Made by a program: the position numbers and the translations under genes. A stretch of DNA of 64,000 nt from Octopus sinensis (Eukaryota), in contig NC_043009.1 of the NCBI RefSeq assembly GCF_006345805.1, positions 34,968,001 through 35,032,000 of the forward strand, written 5' to 3'. Each line of letters starts with the position of its first letter. The stretch's first letter is position 1. Under the pieces are notes generated by a model. It was not told where the DNA came from. It ran no database searches and worked only from the letters and a program-made list of their open reading frames with translations. Below, one piece after another: positions 1 through 15,176 of this stretch.

Positions 1-419
1 TGTCAGACTTAGTGATAGGCATGAACATAGGGGTAAGAAGTTCGCTTTGCAATCTCGCCGTACTAGGTTCGATTCTACTGTAGGGGAAATATCTTCTATA
101 CAGAATCGGTTCAAGCTAAGCCCTGAGCTGAATTGAGATGAAGGAAACAATACAAATCCCTGAGAGGGTCTATATTTGTTTTCAGCACGTAAACCATATT
201 TTTATTAAATACCATTATCTAGACATATCTTTAGCGAAGTCCACTCGCTCACAAATATTCCGATCCGATTTGTGGATTGATAATTGGAAATTTGAAAATT
301 TTCTGTGTTGCTTCCTGCTGCAGCTAAGGAAGAACCCGAAAGTCATTTATAGCATCTAATGAAGTCCAATCCAAACGATCCTTTACCTAATCCTTTCATT
401 TTGAACCTTTCCGGTCTCG

Positions 420-1170
420 CAGTCAAAGAAGTAAAGATCTTTGTGAAGGAGACGATTCAAAAGTTCCCGCAGAAACAATGGGAAATGATACAAAATTTAT
501 GAACTCAGCCCTAACATCCTCAGACTGCTGACGAGCCTGTTGGAGTGAGCGTGAGAAGAAAGTGCAATTGAATATTGGTGTTTGACGGATAATCTGGAGC
601 TGCATTCAGAATGGTAGAGGATTAAGAATCTATCAAGTTGTGCATGGATTTATTCTCCATATATTAATACACCAAGCATGGATGTTTTTCACCATTCAGG
701 GTGTGTGAGAGAGATTCTTATGCAATGCCTTAGATCAGTATTCATGATGTATCACCAAAGAAATTCCTGCCAACTGGCAGATAGTGGAGTGAAGGAGGAT
801 CAGAAGACAACTAGTATTGCCATCAATATGTACTTTTATGGATAACATGAACATCAGAATTGAAATGAGGAAAAAGAAAAAAAGTCTGCTATCGAATTTA
901 GATATGATGTTTGAACAATGTCAACAGCATACCAGAAGCAAAAGTCTGTTCATAATTCAATGTCAGATCAAGGAAAGCAGCTGTGAAATTGGACTTTCAT
1001 GATCAGATAGCAGTCGCTGAAGGCCTTTAGCCATATCTATGCAACAAAAGGGCATGTTGAGAACTGCCATTGACAGTTGTGTTTTGGACAGGGATCGTTA
1101 GGATGTAGACTATCAACATGGCTTTGCGGATTCTTTTATGGCCTCTCAATGTATATAAAATACTTTTAAG
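420..1170 (-). mobile_element. Decayed CR1/L2-type LINE reverse transcriptase fragment
   Basis: Broken minus-strand frames resemble the RT stretches ETALLKV.ND...LDLSAAFD and the downstream L2/CR1 region. Many stops. Confidence 0.5.
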
Positions 1171-2257
1171 AAGTAAGAAAAGAATGGAAAACTACTAGCA
1201 AGTTCCTGTGAGAGTAGCTTGCTTTCTGACCTTGCTTTACCAGAGTTGTTATAACCCTAATCCAGTACGTGTACGTAGTAGTAGGAGAGGGAAGGCTGAT
1301 AAAATAAGTATTAATGATAATGGTGCAAATGCAATAAAGGTCAACTGTAATAAATCTGATGTAATTGAATATGATACGTCTTTATGTGTCCAACTAGACT
1401 GCGATGACTCAGCTAGCGTTAGCAATAATAATAATGCTAGATCATCGTATCATTCAACTAGTTCTAATGCAACACCTAAATTGTATAATAATAATAGTGG
1501 TTTTAGTTGCCTGGTAGCTGTCCGCTTAATAATGCATGTTTAATTAGGAATTTAGTTAACGAATGTGACGTGATAACTGATGCAAACACTTTCACCTATA
1601 TAGGCTCAAAATATATATTAAACAAGTTTATCTTGGATAAAATATCTCTGTAAGGGGTTTAAATATCCTCATCGTGACTATATAAAGTAAATAATTCTGT
1701 AAATACAATTATAAAATTCTAATAACCATACCAAGTAATTCCAAATGCTAGAAACACACGCCAAACGGCTGTAAACTCCCTGAAAGCGAGGGAATTAAAA
1801 AAGATTTTTTGAAAAAAATTACCCTAGATCAGTCGATTCCCGGTTTAGTGTCGTAATATCATTTTACCATCATCAGTATGACATACCAAATGTTCACTTT
1901 CTGCATTGCATATTTATTTCTTACTAGTTTGTTCACTTTCTGTGATGTTTGGTTTCTCGTTCGTTGGCTCGTTATATTCAGGTTCTCACTGCTCGTTTCT
2001 CCCTTATTCGTTAGATCATTATTTTCCGGTTCTCATTGGCTCGTTGTCTTCAGCTTCTCACTGCCGTCTCCACCAAAGGGACTCAATATTATCGGTTGAA
2101 GGCGCGAAATCGCGTTGACCCTTTGGCAGAAAACTGATGAGTATTTGGTGACCTGTGTTTTCTGTTTGCTTGTGCATGCATTACATGTTTCTAAATTTAC
2201 ATACCACACATACACACACGTGCGCATGTATATATATATATATGTTTATAAATTGCT

Positions 2258-2341
<84 letters not shown>

Positions 2342-2439
2342 GTAGGTGATTGTATATGTATGTATAGGTATATATTCATGTATGCATATGTATTCCCTTT
2401 ATTAGATTCTATACTGGGGTACTGCCTTTTGTGTTAATG

Positions 2440-2870
2440 GCTTTTCTTTTCTGCATTGTTTCTGGTGAAGTAGCAAGCCAGACGGAGCTGCTCTTCTTCG
2501 TGTCTCCAGCCATGACATGAACTTATCCAGTGATTGTGATAGAAATTTGTTTAAAAGTTCCTTGAAGACCTCCACTTATTCATCACGAGGTTGTGTAGCT
2601 GAGTGTTGAGATGTTTTAAACCCTTGAAACATAAGCTATTGAAGTACCATTCTTGATGGAGAAAACGGGACTTTTGGTACTATGCAGTGCCGTCCAGTTC
2701 GGTGGTTAGTATTGCTTTCTATCATAAAGTGCAGAACTATACATTCTTGGATCTTCCATATGTATATCACGGCATACCTTACGCATCATCTCTCTATGGA
2801 GCATAGCCTCAGTTCCTTTAGCCTCTCCCAATAGCTTATCTGTTGTACCTAGTCAATCTTCTTTATGTTA
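2440..2870 (-). mobile_element. Decayed CR1-like LINE 3' end
   Basis: Minus strand reads ...WERLKELRLCSIER...VIYIWKI...RTGRHCIVPK..., a typical CR1 post-RT C-terminus. Confidence 0.6.
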
Positions 2871-3654
2871 TACAGTTGGATATGTAGTGTAGTTGCCGGT
2901 GATCACCATAGCAGCACACCGACAAATACCCGAAATATATATGTTAAGTACATGTGGTGCTCCAGTATGACCGCAGTCAACTGACTGAAACAGGTAAATA
3001 ATATATATATACTTCTGTGTGCATGTGTATCTGTATAACATTCATACAAACATATCTCTTTCCAACTTATATATTTCTATATTTGTTTTTCCTCTCCTCT
3101 ATTTCTCTTCACAAATAACACCTCCATGATCGTCGTGGTCGTGGTCGTGTCGTGGTCGCCATCATCATCACCACCACTACCATTATCATGATCTCCTCCT
3201 CCATAATAACCGAGTAATGTGTTGACTTAATACTGGTCCCTCCTCCGCTCATATTTTCCATTGACTTGTTATCTCACCGATGCGGAACAAGGACCAAGCA
3301 CTAATTTTCTTAGTTATGTTCTAAGCCTATTGTAAATTATATTTGCGTACCACTAACTACAGCTCGAACCTTCATTAATAATCGAACTATTTTTCATGTA
3401 ACTGATGTTGAAAATAACATTTTAGAAAAGGATATTATATTAGTTTACCGAGTTAAGTATTTATATATTGTGCATTTACCAGAAAATGTTGACTTTTCTA
3501 ATTCTTTTCCTACACTCACCTCGTAGTAATTTTTTGAAAGCTGTGGTTTTATCCCTTGCTGCTCAGAATTACTCGTTCCTGCCGGCCAGGAGAAACGTTA
3601 TGCCATGTTACAAGACACACACACACACACACATAATGATTCTTCACTGTTATT

Positions 3655-3992
3655 GAGACCTCCTTCGGTCATGATTGACCGTGGAATTGCACCTAGAAAG
3701 TTACCCTCCCAGGCACAAGTCTGGGCAAGGTTGTTTATGGAAGACCAGCAGTCGCCCATGCATACCAGCCTCCCCTCTCCACGCCACCAGTGTTATCCAA
3801 GGGAAAGGCAAAGGGGCCGATACAGCTTGGCACCTGTGACGTCGCAACTCATTTCTACGGCTGAGTGAAGTGGAGCAACGTGAAATAAAGTGTCTTGCTC
3901 AAGAACACAACACACAGCCCGGTTCGGGATTCGAGCTCAGAACATCACGATCGTAATCTCGACGCTCTAACTACTGAGCCACGCGCCTTCAC
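3655..3992 (-). mobile_element. tRNA-derived SINE with CORE-like domain
   Basis: Minus strand starts ggcgcgtggctcagtagttagagcg (A box), then gagctcgaatccc (B box), then cttgagcaagacacttt...cactcagc (CORE-like). Confidence 0.75.
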
Positions 3993-4691
3993 TTTCACTA
4001 TTATACATAGCAATAAATAGGTATGAAATGAATACCATATACTGAACACGTAATGTCTTTTTTTTTTTACCTCTATGATATTTATATCAAGATAGGTATG
4101 ACTGCAAGTTTGTATACTGAAACTGAAAGGTGGTGATGTGACCTATGCAAAATCACTCAGCAGAAGTATAAACGCAAAAAAACTAAAAAATGAACAAAAA
4201 ACAAGATAAATGAAAGAAGACATTCTTCAATGAAGTATATTTTATTTTGTTTATGATGATTAACATATTTATTGGAAAGCTTGGAAAAACATCTGTAAAA
4301 CACATTTCACTTATTTAGGTATTAGGCTTCCAAGTTACAACAGATGGCGAAAGAGGATAATGAAATAAATGGGAGAGTGAGATAGAAAACTTTATGATTA
4401 TCAATGCAATTATAGACAAAATCTCCGCCTACGGTTGCTTAAAATATAGAAATAGCGGCCATAACTCCGTTTTTATCAGACTTTGGAAATTTGTTGTGAA
4501 GTAGATGAATGGGTGGATTTGTATCATTGAAAATATACAGTGAATGAAGCGATGAATGTCTCGTTCGTGTTAGATCTCATAACAGAAAAACCATTCATCA
4601 CAGATGGTAAAACAGTGAATTAATGTGTGTATATTTACGTGTCTTATGTGTGTGTATGTTTGTATGTATGCATGTATATATATATAGAGAG

Positions 4692-4882
4692 AAAGTTTAC
4701 GAAAAAAAAAACAAAAGACGAAGACAGGTGATGTACAAAAATAAACAGATGTATTAGTATAACGCTCAGGAATAGAAATAGTCTTTTTACGTTTCGAGCC
4801 TACGCTCTTCTACAGAAAGGTACACAGAAAAAACAAGGAGAGAAAAAAATGTGTGTAGTGGCTAACGATCTATCATGGCGAC
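4692..4882 (+). repeat. Penelope pLTR-like repeat with a minimal HHR-like motif on the minus strand (4783-4820)
   Basis: Near-identical copies at 33722-33925 (+) and 24237-24425 (-), and a partial copy near 29835-29920. The minus strand contains CTGTAGA-A-GAGC-GTAG-GCTC-GAAAC-GTA. Confidence 0.7.
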
Positions 4883-5113
4883 TAGTGCCAGATAGAAGGG
4901 TCAGACAGGAGTAGGAAAGTAAAGGAGATAACAAGGTAAAGATGACCCCATATAAATATATACATGATTTTGAAATAGAGGGAGTATAGGTACACTGATG
5001 ATGGGTATCGGCAATGTGTGTGAATGTAATTTAGGGAATACGCTGCTTTGTGTTAATATCGTTTATAATAAAATGAGCTGAGCAGTTTTATACGAAATAT
5101 GATTATAAGCATG

Positions 5114-5190
<77 letters not shown>

Positions 5191-5571
5191 TGTATTTATG
5201 TATATATATTATGTGTGTATGTATGTATGTATGCACACATATATACACACACACATGCAAACGCACACATACACAATCACACTCCAAGTGTAGAGATTAT
5301 AGCCTCACATAATTGCCTCTTGGTGTGGAGCTTCATTCTCGGAATGCTATAATTTTCTCTTCAAGTTTTTGCAAAATTGAACCAATTCATATTCTTTAAA
5401 TATATGTCACTGAAAATACGAAAATATCTCTTGCCATTGGCTGGCTCTAATTCGAAATGTTACGAATATTTTTAGTTGTATATTAATTGTTACGCTGTTT
5501 CTTTGCTTCAGTCATTTGAGTAATATATTATACGTAATACACACAAACACACACACTCACACACACACACA

Positions 5572-5614
<43 letters not shown>

Positions 5615-5616
5615 CC

Positions 5617-5651
<35 letters not shown>

Positions 5652-6492
5652 CACACTCACTCACGCACGCACGCACGCACGCACGCACCCTGCCACATAT
5701 AGATATGACAAAGTATAAATAATGGTCATCACATTCATTTATTGCAGTAAATTCAACATACGGCTGTTTCCGATAATCATTATATGTTCATTTATTGATC
5801 GGATTACGCAATCGGTCCATTCATTGATCGGTTCAGAAAAATTGAACGACCTTAAAGACTTAATGCTATCCTCATCAGAGACAGATTTCTGATGAAAAAC
5901 AAAGTAGAACAATGATAGAACTTGAGAGTGGGAGTGAAAAGAGGGAATAAGTATAAGTTGAGTGGAAGAGAGATAAAGAAAAACAAGGAAAAAAGAACTG
6001 ATGAGCTAGAAGAAAAAAAGAGAAAGAGAAAGAAAGAAAAGGAAGAGAAAGTATAGACTCGGGGAGGCACGGGATGGAAAAGGAAGACAAGGATGTTTGA
6101 TAGTCAGAGATTAAAGAGGGGACAGTAATATGAATAGTAGTGGCCTTTGTGTGTGTGTAATTGGGTCACCACACTCAAAAACATGCATAAGTCTTCAGGT
6201 CAGATACTATTCAGATAATGTATTGGTCAGCTTGGAATGAGAAAGAAAAAACAGTAACAACAATATTAAGGTGGGATGGTGGAGAATGCTTTAGCAAAAG
6301 TGATTATAGAAAAGGTTAAAACTAAAATAAGTAAATTAGATAACATGCAATTATCCTTTAGGTATCATACCCATCTTGTCCATTGCTTTTTACTTTAGAA
6401 TGAAAATTATCTAGGGAACCTACTGAAGGATTTATTATAGGAATGCTTACAGCAACTGGTTAATTCTTGTCTAGGTTACTCTCTGACGCAAG

Positions 6493-7766
6493 TACGAGGG
6501 ACGGCTGAAAATTCATTGGCTGACCCAGATACTCTCATGGAATGGGACTGAATGAGGTTTATTTTTCAAGGTGGTCCCTTTTGCAGTCTACACTCCTCTT
6601 CCATCAGTGCTGCAGTGCTTGGATCCCATTGGTGAAAAAGATTTTTTCTCAATGATCAAAAAAGTCATCAACAGCAGATATAACGTCACCATCGCTGTAA
6701 TACCGTTTTCCGGCAAAGTGTTTTTCATGTTGGAAAACAGATCATAGTCAGATGAGGCCAAATTGGGAGAGTGGTGTGGGTGTGTGTGATCAACGAATTC
6801 AAAGCTACAGTATAACAACCATTGAAACCAAGGCCTTGTATACTGGAGCTTGGTCTGATGAAACAAAATCTCTTGCATCAGTTTTCGTGGGCGTTCGGTC
6901 CTGAAGCCTTTCGTAACTGCCTCAGCATGTTGGTATAATACTCTCCATTGATGGTGTGGCCCTTTTGAAGATAGCCAATAAGCATAGTGCCTTTTGCATT
7001 CCCAAATAACTGAGGCCATCACCTTCCCTGCAGATGAAACGACCTTAATCTTTTTTGGAACAAGTGAGGAGGGGTATTTCTATTGCATGGATTGTCTCCT
7101 TGTTTCTGTATCAAAACGATGATCCCAAAACCCACTCCGGGTTAGGAAACGTTCAAAGAAACAAACTGGATCTGCGTGAAGCAATGTCAGATTTTCCTCT
7201 GATGTGATCTGCCTGGTACACTTTTGATCAGAATACTTGGTACCTGGCGAGTAAATCCTTCATCGTGCCAAGTCCATTGTGCAGAATATTCTCAACCCTT
7301 TCACGGGATATGCTATTAGCATTGACAGTTTGATTTGTAGTCAATCGCCCGTCATCCATCACCATGTGGTGAACACGAGCAATGGTTTTCTCGGTGGTTA
7401 CAATTGCAGGGCGTGCAGACCTTCGGTCATCTCCAAGACTCTGTTATCCTCCTAAATTCAGCTGCACACTTTTAAACTGTTGGCAAAGCTGGAGCATCAT
7501 TCATCCACTGTAGAAACCATGTCTGCATTAATGACCTAGGAAACTAAACCCTTTACCTGCAGGTGCTTCATAATACCATGATACCAAATTTTGTCGATTT
7601 TCAAAATAAGTCGCTACTAGTTACTTTGAAGTCTTCTGTGAACAGTCAGATGTCAGTTTTGCCGGAAAAAATAATGCAGTAATGATATGAAGATTTGAAA
7701 TTAATGCATGAAAGATTTCACTGCTCTAGATTTACTCCTTTGCTGAACTTTTTAATCAAGACACGT
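6493..7766 (-). mobile_element. Near full-length decayed mariner (Tc1/mariner) transposon
   Basis: Left TIR TAcgagggacggctgaaaattca and a degenerate right TIR ctgaactttttaatcaagacacgt, spanning about 1.27 kb. The transposase relic includes HHSPNLASSDYDLF (YSPDLAPSD-like). Confidence 0.85.
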
Positions 7767-8139
7767 TTTGGAGTGACTTGTCTAGGTAGAGTTCGCATGT
7801 CGCTTGTCCTTATTTAATACTTCTTGCTCGACTAAAAATCGACCGCTCTAAATCACATTTATTTTTCTTGCGCTTAAGTTGCCATATTAGCTTGCTAAAT
7901 GATGTACAATTTTCTTTATTTTTGTATTTAAGTGACGAGATGTTAAAGAAGCTTAAAGATTGTTACATAACATCCTATGTTATCATAAGTTTTATGGGTA
8001 AATACAATGCATTTTCAGACTACGCTGTCAAGACATAATTCATTTAACGGATATCTTCCCCGCCCTCTACAGTTATAATTCATTGTGTTCTTCTTATTAC
8101 TACCAGCTGTGTGGTTATGAGTCCTATTGTTGTTGTTAG

Positions 8140-8330
8140 TACATCGGGTGAAATGCTCAGCGGCATTTCGTCCGCCTTGACGTTATGAGTTCAAATATCG
8201 CCGCCAAGGACGATTTTGACTTTCATCCTTTCAGGGTCGATAAATTAAGTACCGGTGAAACACTGGGGTCGATTTAATCCGCTTGTCCCTCTCTCAAAAT
8301 TTTAGGCCTTCTGTCTTTAGCAGAAAGGAT

Positions 8331-8335
<5 letters not shown>
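8140..8335 (+). mobile_element. tRNA-SINE family B (Meta-domain-like), diverged copy
   Basis: gagttcaaat B box and tttcatcctttcagggtcgataaattaagtacc, shared with the copy at 22484. Confidence 0.75.
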
Positions 8336-8772
<437 letters not shown>

Positions 8773-8774
8773 TA

Positions 8775-10270
8775 ATTATTATTCAACATTTGGTAGATTA
8801 AGGCAAATTTCTACTTCATCATCTGCTACAGCTCCGTGTTATTGGGGTGTGTGTAGCATTGTGAGTTCCTTTTTTGTTGAGTGAGTTCAAACTCCTTCCG
8901 GTATTGTTTTGCGCCAGTTTGTATTGTTATGGGGTCTGTTTGCAGTATGTTGCTGTACTAATGTTTGTTTTGTGCGTTGTGTGTCTTAATGCAAGCTGCG
9001 TTCTTCTGGTGAGTATCGAGCCAGCTGGTGACCGTTTATTTTATTGGATAATTGTTATATAAAGTGTCTTGTGTTTGTGAATTATTTCGTTTGGGCTGTA
9101 TTATTGAATTAATAGTGCCTTGCATAGGTTGTGTGCTGTTCCTAACAATGCTATTTTTTGGATAGTATTGGGGATCCAGGTATAGCTTCTACGTTTTGTT
9201 CAAATGATTTTTTTAATCATGCCAATGCTCCATTTATTACTGGCATTTCTTTTCACCTTTATGCCCCACATCTTGAATATTTCAATTTCGAGGTCTTTGT
9301 ACTTCGACAATTTCTCGACTGCAATGTCTATGAGTAAGCAGGTGTTTTTCTCCAATTCTTGATTATGTCTGGGAGATTAGCTTTTATTTATTTGTGAGCT
9401 TGAACAAATAATTGTGGACTGGTCATTGTCATGTACCTTCTTTGGCACATGTTTATATTATTTGTTGTCAGTTTTTATGTTGCAGTGTTTGGTATATTGT
9501 CCTGCTTTTATGCTTGTTTGTGGTCAGGCATTGGTCTTGTGCAACGAAAATCAGTCCTTCTCTTTAAGCTTTTAGTCCAGAGTTTTTGTGCAATTTTCGG
9601 CTTTTACTTAGGCTCACTTCTTTTTTGTCAAACTTTGCAGGGTATTGGCCATGGAATGATTTTTCTCTGCACTTCTTCAGTTTTTTTCTAGTTCTCTTTT
9701 CATATTTTTTGTTGTCTATTTGACATTTCTGTTATGTTGTTGTCATCTGAGATCAGTGTATCTGATTTCAGTTAGTTTCTAATTTGTATTTTGTCGCCTC
9801 CTTGTTTATAGAGAAAAGCATTTTCTTTTTCTTGAGTTGCTTTAGTACATGGAGTAATCTGCCAGTTTTTTTTCTAAGTACTTTTCCAATCCAACTGCTG
9901 TTATTTTATAATAGTTCTCTATCTGTGTCAGACCACGACTTCCTTCTGAGCGGTGTAGATATATTCTGTCTATGTCTGCTTTGGGTTGGTAAATTCGGTA
10001 TGCAGTTAATCATTTTCTGGTTTTTCTAAATCTCTCAATTCACTGATCTTCCGGTTTATTATGTTGAAGCTGTGATTTATGACTGGTATACTTAGCGTAT
10101 TTATTCCTAATATCTTATTTTAGCATTGAGTTCAGTGTTTAATATTAATTTAACTCCTATGTAACACTCTCTCCTTAATTATCTCTTCCATTTCTGTGAT
10201 ATATTTGAGCTGTTTCGTTTATTCCTAGATGGAAGATTTTGGTTTAATTCTCTGATTCTTGAGTCTATGC
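8775..10270 (-). mobile_element. Decayed R4/Dong-like non-LTR retrotransposon (RLE domain)
   Basis: Minus strand reads ...NTCLLIDIAVEKLSKYKDLEIEIFKMWGIK...IQKIALLGTAHNL, a restriction-like endonuclease C-terminus. The 3' end runs into (TAA)n. Confidence 0.75.
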
Positions 10271-10308
10271 TGAGTACAACGTTATCATTATCATCGTCAT
10301 CATTATCA

Positions 10309-10356
<48 letters not shown>

Positions 10357-10385
10357 AACTGCTGCTGCTGCTACTACTACTACTA

Positions 10386-10426
<41 letters not shown>

Positions 10427-10922
10427 AACAAATTCTGTGATAGTTACTATTGTTCTTATTGCTGCTACCATTGATACAACCGCATTTGATTACATTATTG
10501 CTTATTTCACCATTCCTTTTGGAACTGACTTTCTTCTTCCCACTCTCCCATTGCAGTATCTGTAGTTGCACGTCCCCTTAGTGATGGTTGTCATGCTCAT
10601 CGCCATCTCTCCTCTTATTTCTATTTCTATTGCTCTGTTTATTGGTTTTACTATTGTTATCATTTTTTTACCGTCCTACCTTGGTTTTCGATGCCTGTAT
10701 TCCTAGTATTTCTCACAACATCCTTACTATGTTTTCCCTCATCTTTCTCACTGCAGTCTCCAGTCCACTCGCAACTATTGGCCCTATTAATTCTGCTATA
10801 TTCCAGCGTCTCATGTCCATCAGTAGATCGTCTAGTATTTATATTCTTGTCACTATTACAATAATAATTATCATTAATACTGAAGGCTTTATTCCTATTC
10901 TTATTCAGAGACCTGTTTTAAT

Positions 10923-11295
10923 ACTCTTTTTACTCTTTTTATTCTTTTACTTGTTTCAGTCATTTGACTGCGGCCATGCTGGAGCACCGCCTTTAGTCGA
11001 GCAACTCGACCCCGCGACTTATTCTCTGTAAGCCCAGTACTTATTCTATCGGTCTCTTTTTGCCGAACCGCTAAGTGACGGGGGATGTAAACACACCAGC
11101 ACACAAACACACACACATACATATACATATATATACATATATACAACAGGCTTCTTTCAGTTTCCGTCTACCAAATCCACTCACAAGGCTTTGGTCGGCC
11201 CGGGGCTATAGCAGAAGACACTTGCCCAAGATGCCACGCAGTGGGACTGAACCCGGAACCATGTGGTTGGTTAGCAAGCTACTTACCACACAGCC
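10923..11295 (-). mobile_element. tRNA-SINE family A
   Basis: Reverse complement of the 61736-62145 copy (ggtaagtagcttgctaaccaaccacatggttccgggttcagtcc...gactgaaacaagtaaaag). Confidence 0.9.
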
Positions 11296-11479
11296 TCGAG
11301 ATTGTTATTAATATCATTACCAATGTTATTATCCTTACCATTGTTTATGCCATCATTATCTCACGTATCTATTGCACACCCCACGTTTAACGTATCATTT
11401 GCAACACCACTAATTTGAGTGTTATAACCTCTTCTCTGACCACAATCCCCACTATTATTACGCTTATTTTACTACTTGT

Positions 11480-12340
11480 AGCATCATAAATACATTCCAC
11501 ACTACCACTATTATTCATAATGTAGCTATACTTCTTCCTAGTGTCAACATTAATTGTATATTCCTTCCGGTCCTTGTTATTTTTAGATATTTAGATACTT
11601 TATTCCAATCTGCGGTTGAGTTTATTGTTTCTAATTACTTTATTCCACGGGTGTCGTGGGACTCGGTTTCTTGCCGTGGAGTAAGAAATTTCACAGAATG
11701 CCGGTTAAACAAACCTTCACTATTTTCCCGACGGAGGGAAATTTTTGTCAAAGGCCGCTAAAAATTTCCTCGGGACGTTAGTGACAATTTAGACTCCAAA
11801 TGGAACGTTGAACCAGATAATTCTTATTTATGCAGTAGAAATCTGTGGTTCCGTCTTCCTTCTCCCAATTATCCCGTTTAGTTTACTCTTATCTTGATTA
11901 TTTTTACAACTACTCTAATGTATGTTATTGTCCCTACATCCATTATTTCGGGTATCGCCATGTTAATATATCTATCATTCTCGAGGGGTCGTCTCGGTTT
12001 ACTTTCTGATGGATCTGAGAGCTCAACTTTCAATTGTTTCTTGCTATTGTGTTCGATTATCGCATGTGAGTTGCTAATCGGAGAGGTATACTCTCCGACC
12101 TCACTAATATAACGTATATTCTAGTATTTAATTCCTTATTGTATCTATTCCCTTTCCAAATTGAAATACCTCCACTATTACTGCTCCGGTTGGTACTCGA
12201 GTTAAGTTTATCAGATGATGTAAAATCATTACACCTACTCAGATCTCCATGAGGAATATTTTGGATTTTCATGAACGCATAGCCAACTTTGATCTCAGAA
12301 TATATTTTAATTCATGTTCACATACACATCACTGTAAATA
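11480..12340 (-). mobile_element. Decayed Penelope-like element, RT C-terminus/linker
   Basis: Minus strand reads IIWFNVPF...TNVPRKFLAAFDKNFPP...EISYST, matching the PLE linker WFNPPF..N..TN.G..FL.LI.KHFP..K.SYS. Confidence 0.7.
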
Positions 12341-12662
12341 TTTCATCTCACTACTTTAGCTTTTGAGTTTTTGTATATTTATTTACCCTTCCCACCAAAA
12401 TGAACAATTACCTCCCCTGTCCCGATTAATAACGATAACCAGTTATCTCCTCTTAGATTTTTCTACTTGTTGATTCATTTCATTCACAATCCCAAAACAC
12501 GACATGTACTAAAATCTTCTTAAGAAAATACGAAATAACAATGATTTCAATCAAATGATTAGCGAAAGCGAAACCGGTCGACAAACACAATAGTCTTTCA
12601 CTTATAAAATATGTTTAAAAATATATCAAATCTATTTAAGCTGTGTGCAATTTCCTTCTTTT

Positions 12663-12707
<45 letters not shown>

Positions 12708-12899
12708 CAGGCATGTATGTGTGGAAATATGTATGTTGGTGTGCACATATCTCTATGGTAAACTTGAGGGGAGCCTTAAAATCATAAAACTATTCCTAAC
12801 AAAAACTAAATCAGTGCATAATTCAACATCAGATGGCCCGAAGGTGACATAATCTCAGAAACGACACGCAAATAGCGAAATAAGCAGAATCTTGATCTT

Positions 12900-13880
12900 A
12901 CGTAAACGATACCTTTTTTATAACCAGAAATAATAATATCTTAGGCCTCTGGTTCCTGGAACGTATTCTTAATGTAAAGATATCACCGACAATTTTCTCA
13001 GACCATAGCACAATTAAACTCTCAATGCATGATCAGAAATTAAAAATTTATTCCACACAGATAGCACCAAAATCTTATTCATTCTGAACCTGAATAAGGC
13101 TGACTGGAAGTCAATTAAAAAAACAGATCCGCCAGTAAAATTGGCCCCAAACACTCCCTTTTCAAGAAATTGTTATCAAACTCCAAACTTTGTGTCAAGA
13201 GTATAACCCATAAATATATCAAATTTGTTCCAGAAGGAGGAGCCAATACACGCATAAACACTATTCCCAGAGATAGAAAAAGTTCTTATGAGACGGAGAA
13301 TTATGATCTCAAATAGCTTGAATAAACAACTTAATGACTGTGACAAATACCTCCCCAAAGAAGCTTTTTTGAGATCAAAGGAAGAAGGACTAGGGTGATT
13401 GAAAATATAAAAATGAACTTGCAAATGAATCTGCCTATGGGCGTTGCAAGATAGAACCACTGTTTGAAGAAAACTGCTCACTGACTGCAGATCCCAGAAG
13501 AACAAATAAAATTTAAGTAAACAATTCCAGAGAGTTTTCACTTCACCACCGAGAGATATGCAAATAAGCAAGTCTGATGAATTCCACACCGTAGATCTAT
13601 TATGAGAAACAGATAAATGAAGAATACGTAATATCAGCAATTGATGAGACGAACTCGAACTCAACAACGGCTCAGATGGATTTTCTGCTATTCTTTTAAA
13701 GGCATGAAAGAAAGCTCTCACAAAATCACAGCAGATATCCTTTCAGAGTTTCCTTGCTTGAAGCAAACTTCCCAAAACGTTCAAAAGGAGTGTAATTTTC
13801 AGGCCCATCTCCTTGACCTCATATATTGGCAAAGTTATAGTACGCATCGTCAGCAGGAGGTTGATCACGTTTGTAGAAGA
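12900..13880 (+). mobile_element. Decayed CR1-like LINE (endonuclease end and RT start)
   Basis: Broken plus frames give SDH and ...GSDGFSAILLKA*KKALTKSQQISFQSFLA*SKLPKTFKRSVI, which resembles GPDG...LK.C...L..PL..LF..SL..G.LP..WK. Confidence 0.6.
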
Positions 13881-13935
13881 TAGATCGCTCACAAAAATAC
13901 GCAGCATATATATATGTATATAAATAAATAAATAA

Positions 13936-13970
<35 letters not shown>

Positions 13971-15081
13971 TACAATTATAAATGTATTTAAGCATTACAA
14001 TGTAACCCAGAGTTAGGGTCATGAAATGTATAATCCTGTAAATCGCTCCCAATATTCACTTTTTTTCACGTTACATATTTTGCTATTAATTAATTTAACG
14101 TTAAGCTAAATATATTTATTGTTTGATGTTATGTCGAAGACAAAGAGAAAAAATTGAATTAAATAATAATTATATTTCTGAAAAATTTTTATTTGATAAA
14201 TCTATGTTCAATAGAAAAACTGCTTACAACAAACCTTATTCCATTGGACCAGTATCAATATGTTGTTCCTCTCTGAGCATCGTCGATATTATACAGAAAT
14301 AAAAAGTTGGCATAAGCATAAATTTGACATATCGTAATGCATTTGTTTGTGTGTATCTGTGTGTGTGTGTGTTGATGTACATACGTAAATACATGCATAT
14401 AAATATTTCAAGAGTGTGTTAATTGGGTAAATTTTGCGTACTCATACACAAGGTTTGTAATGATATATTCAGTCTGGCTGTGTAAGCACTCTATAGTTGA
14501 GCGAGTGGGGAGAAAGTCGACAAACTTCAGTTAGTTATTGTCTTTTCAATAGCTTTTACAGTGTCGAAACAGATTATAGATATGTACAAGAATATCTATA
14601 ATTTTTGCATGTCAAAGCATTTACAGTCAGCGTATATAAAATAAAATAACTCGGATACAGATGATGTGTAGACACATTTTTGAAAAGGTTTAAATACACA
14701 TATGAGAAAAATGCATTCAACATTCTGTTGTATAAATATACACTGTTGTTAAACCACAAGGCTTACATCGCAAAAAACCCACAACAGTTTGACTAGTTTC
14801 GATTGATCATATTACTTTACCTAGAATTTCTGTTTTCGTCCTTTAAACAGGGCAAGCAGCTGGAAGCTACTTAAAAAGAAATACAATGGGTTACATACAC
14901 ATACACACACACATATATACACACATGTAATATATATGTATATATATGTAAATGAGTATACATGAATATTTTTATATACATATATTACATATATATAAGA
15001 ACATAAAAATATAATGTATGCATATGTGTAGATGAATGTGTATTTATATATATGTATATAAGTATAGATACATATATATAT

Positions 15082-15123
<42 letters not shown>

Positions 15124-15176
15124 ATATATATATGTATGCATGTTATGTTGTGTGGCTTTCGAAAAATTTCGGTCGA

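Noticed and set aside
13176-13721. 181-aa minus-strand ORF
   Set aside because: Antisense shadow of the decayed plus-strand CR1-like element.
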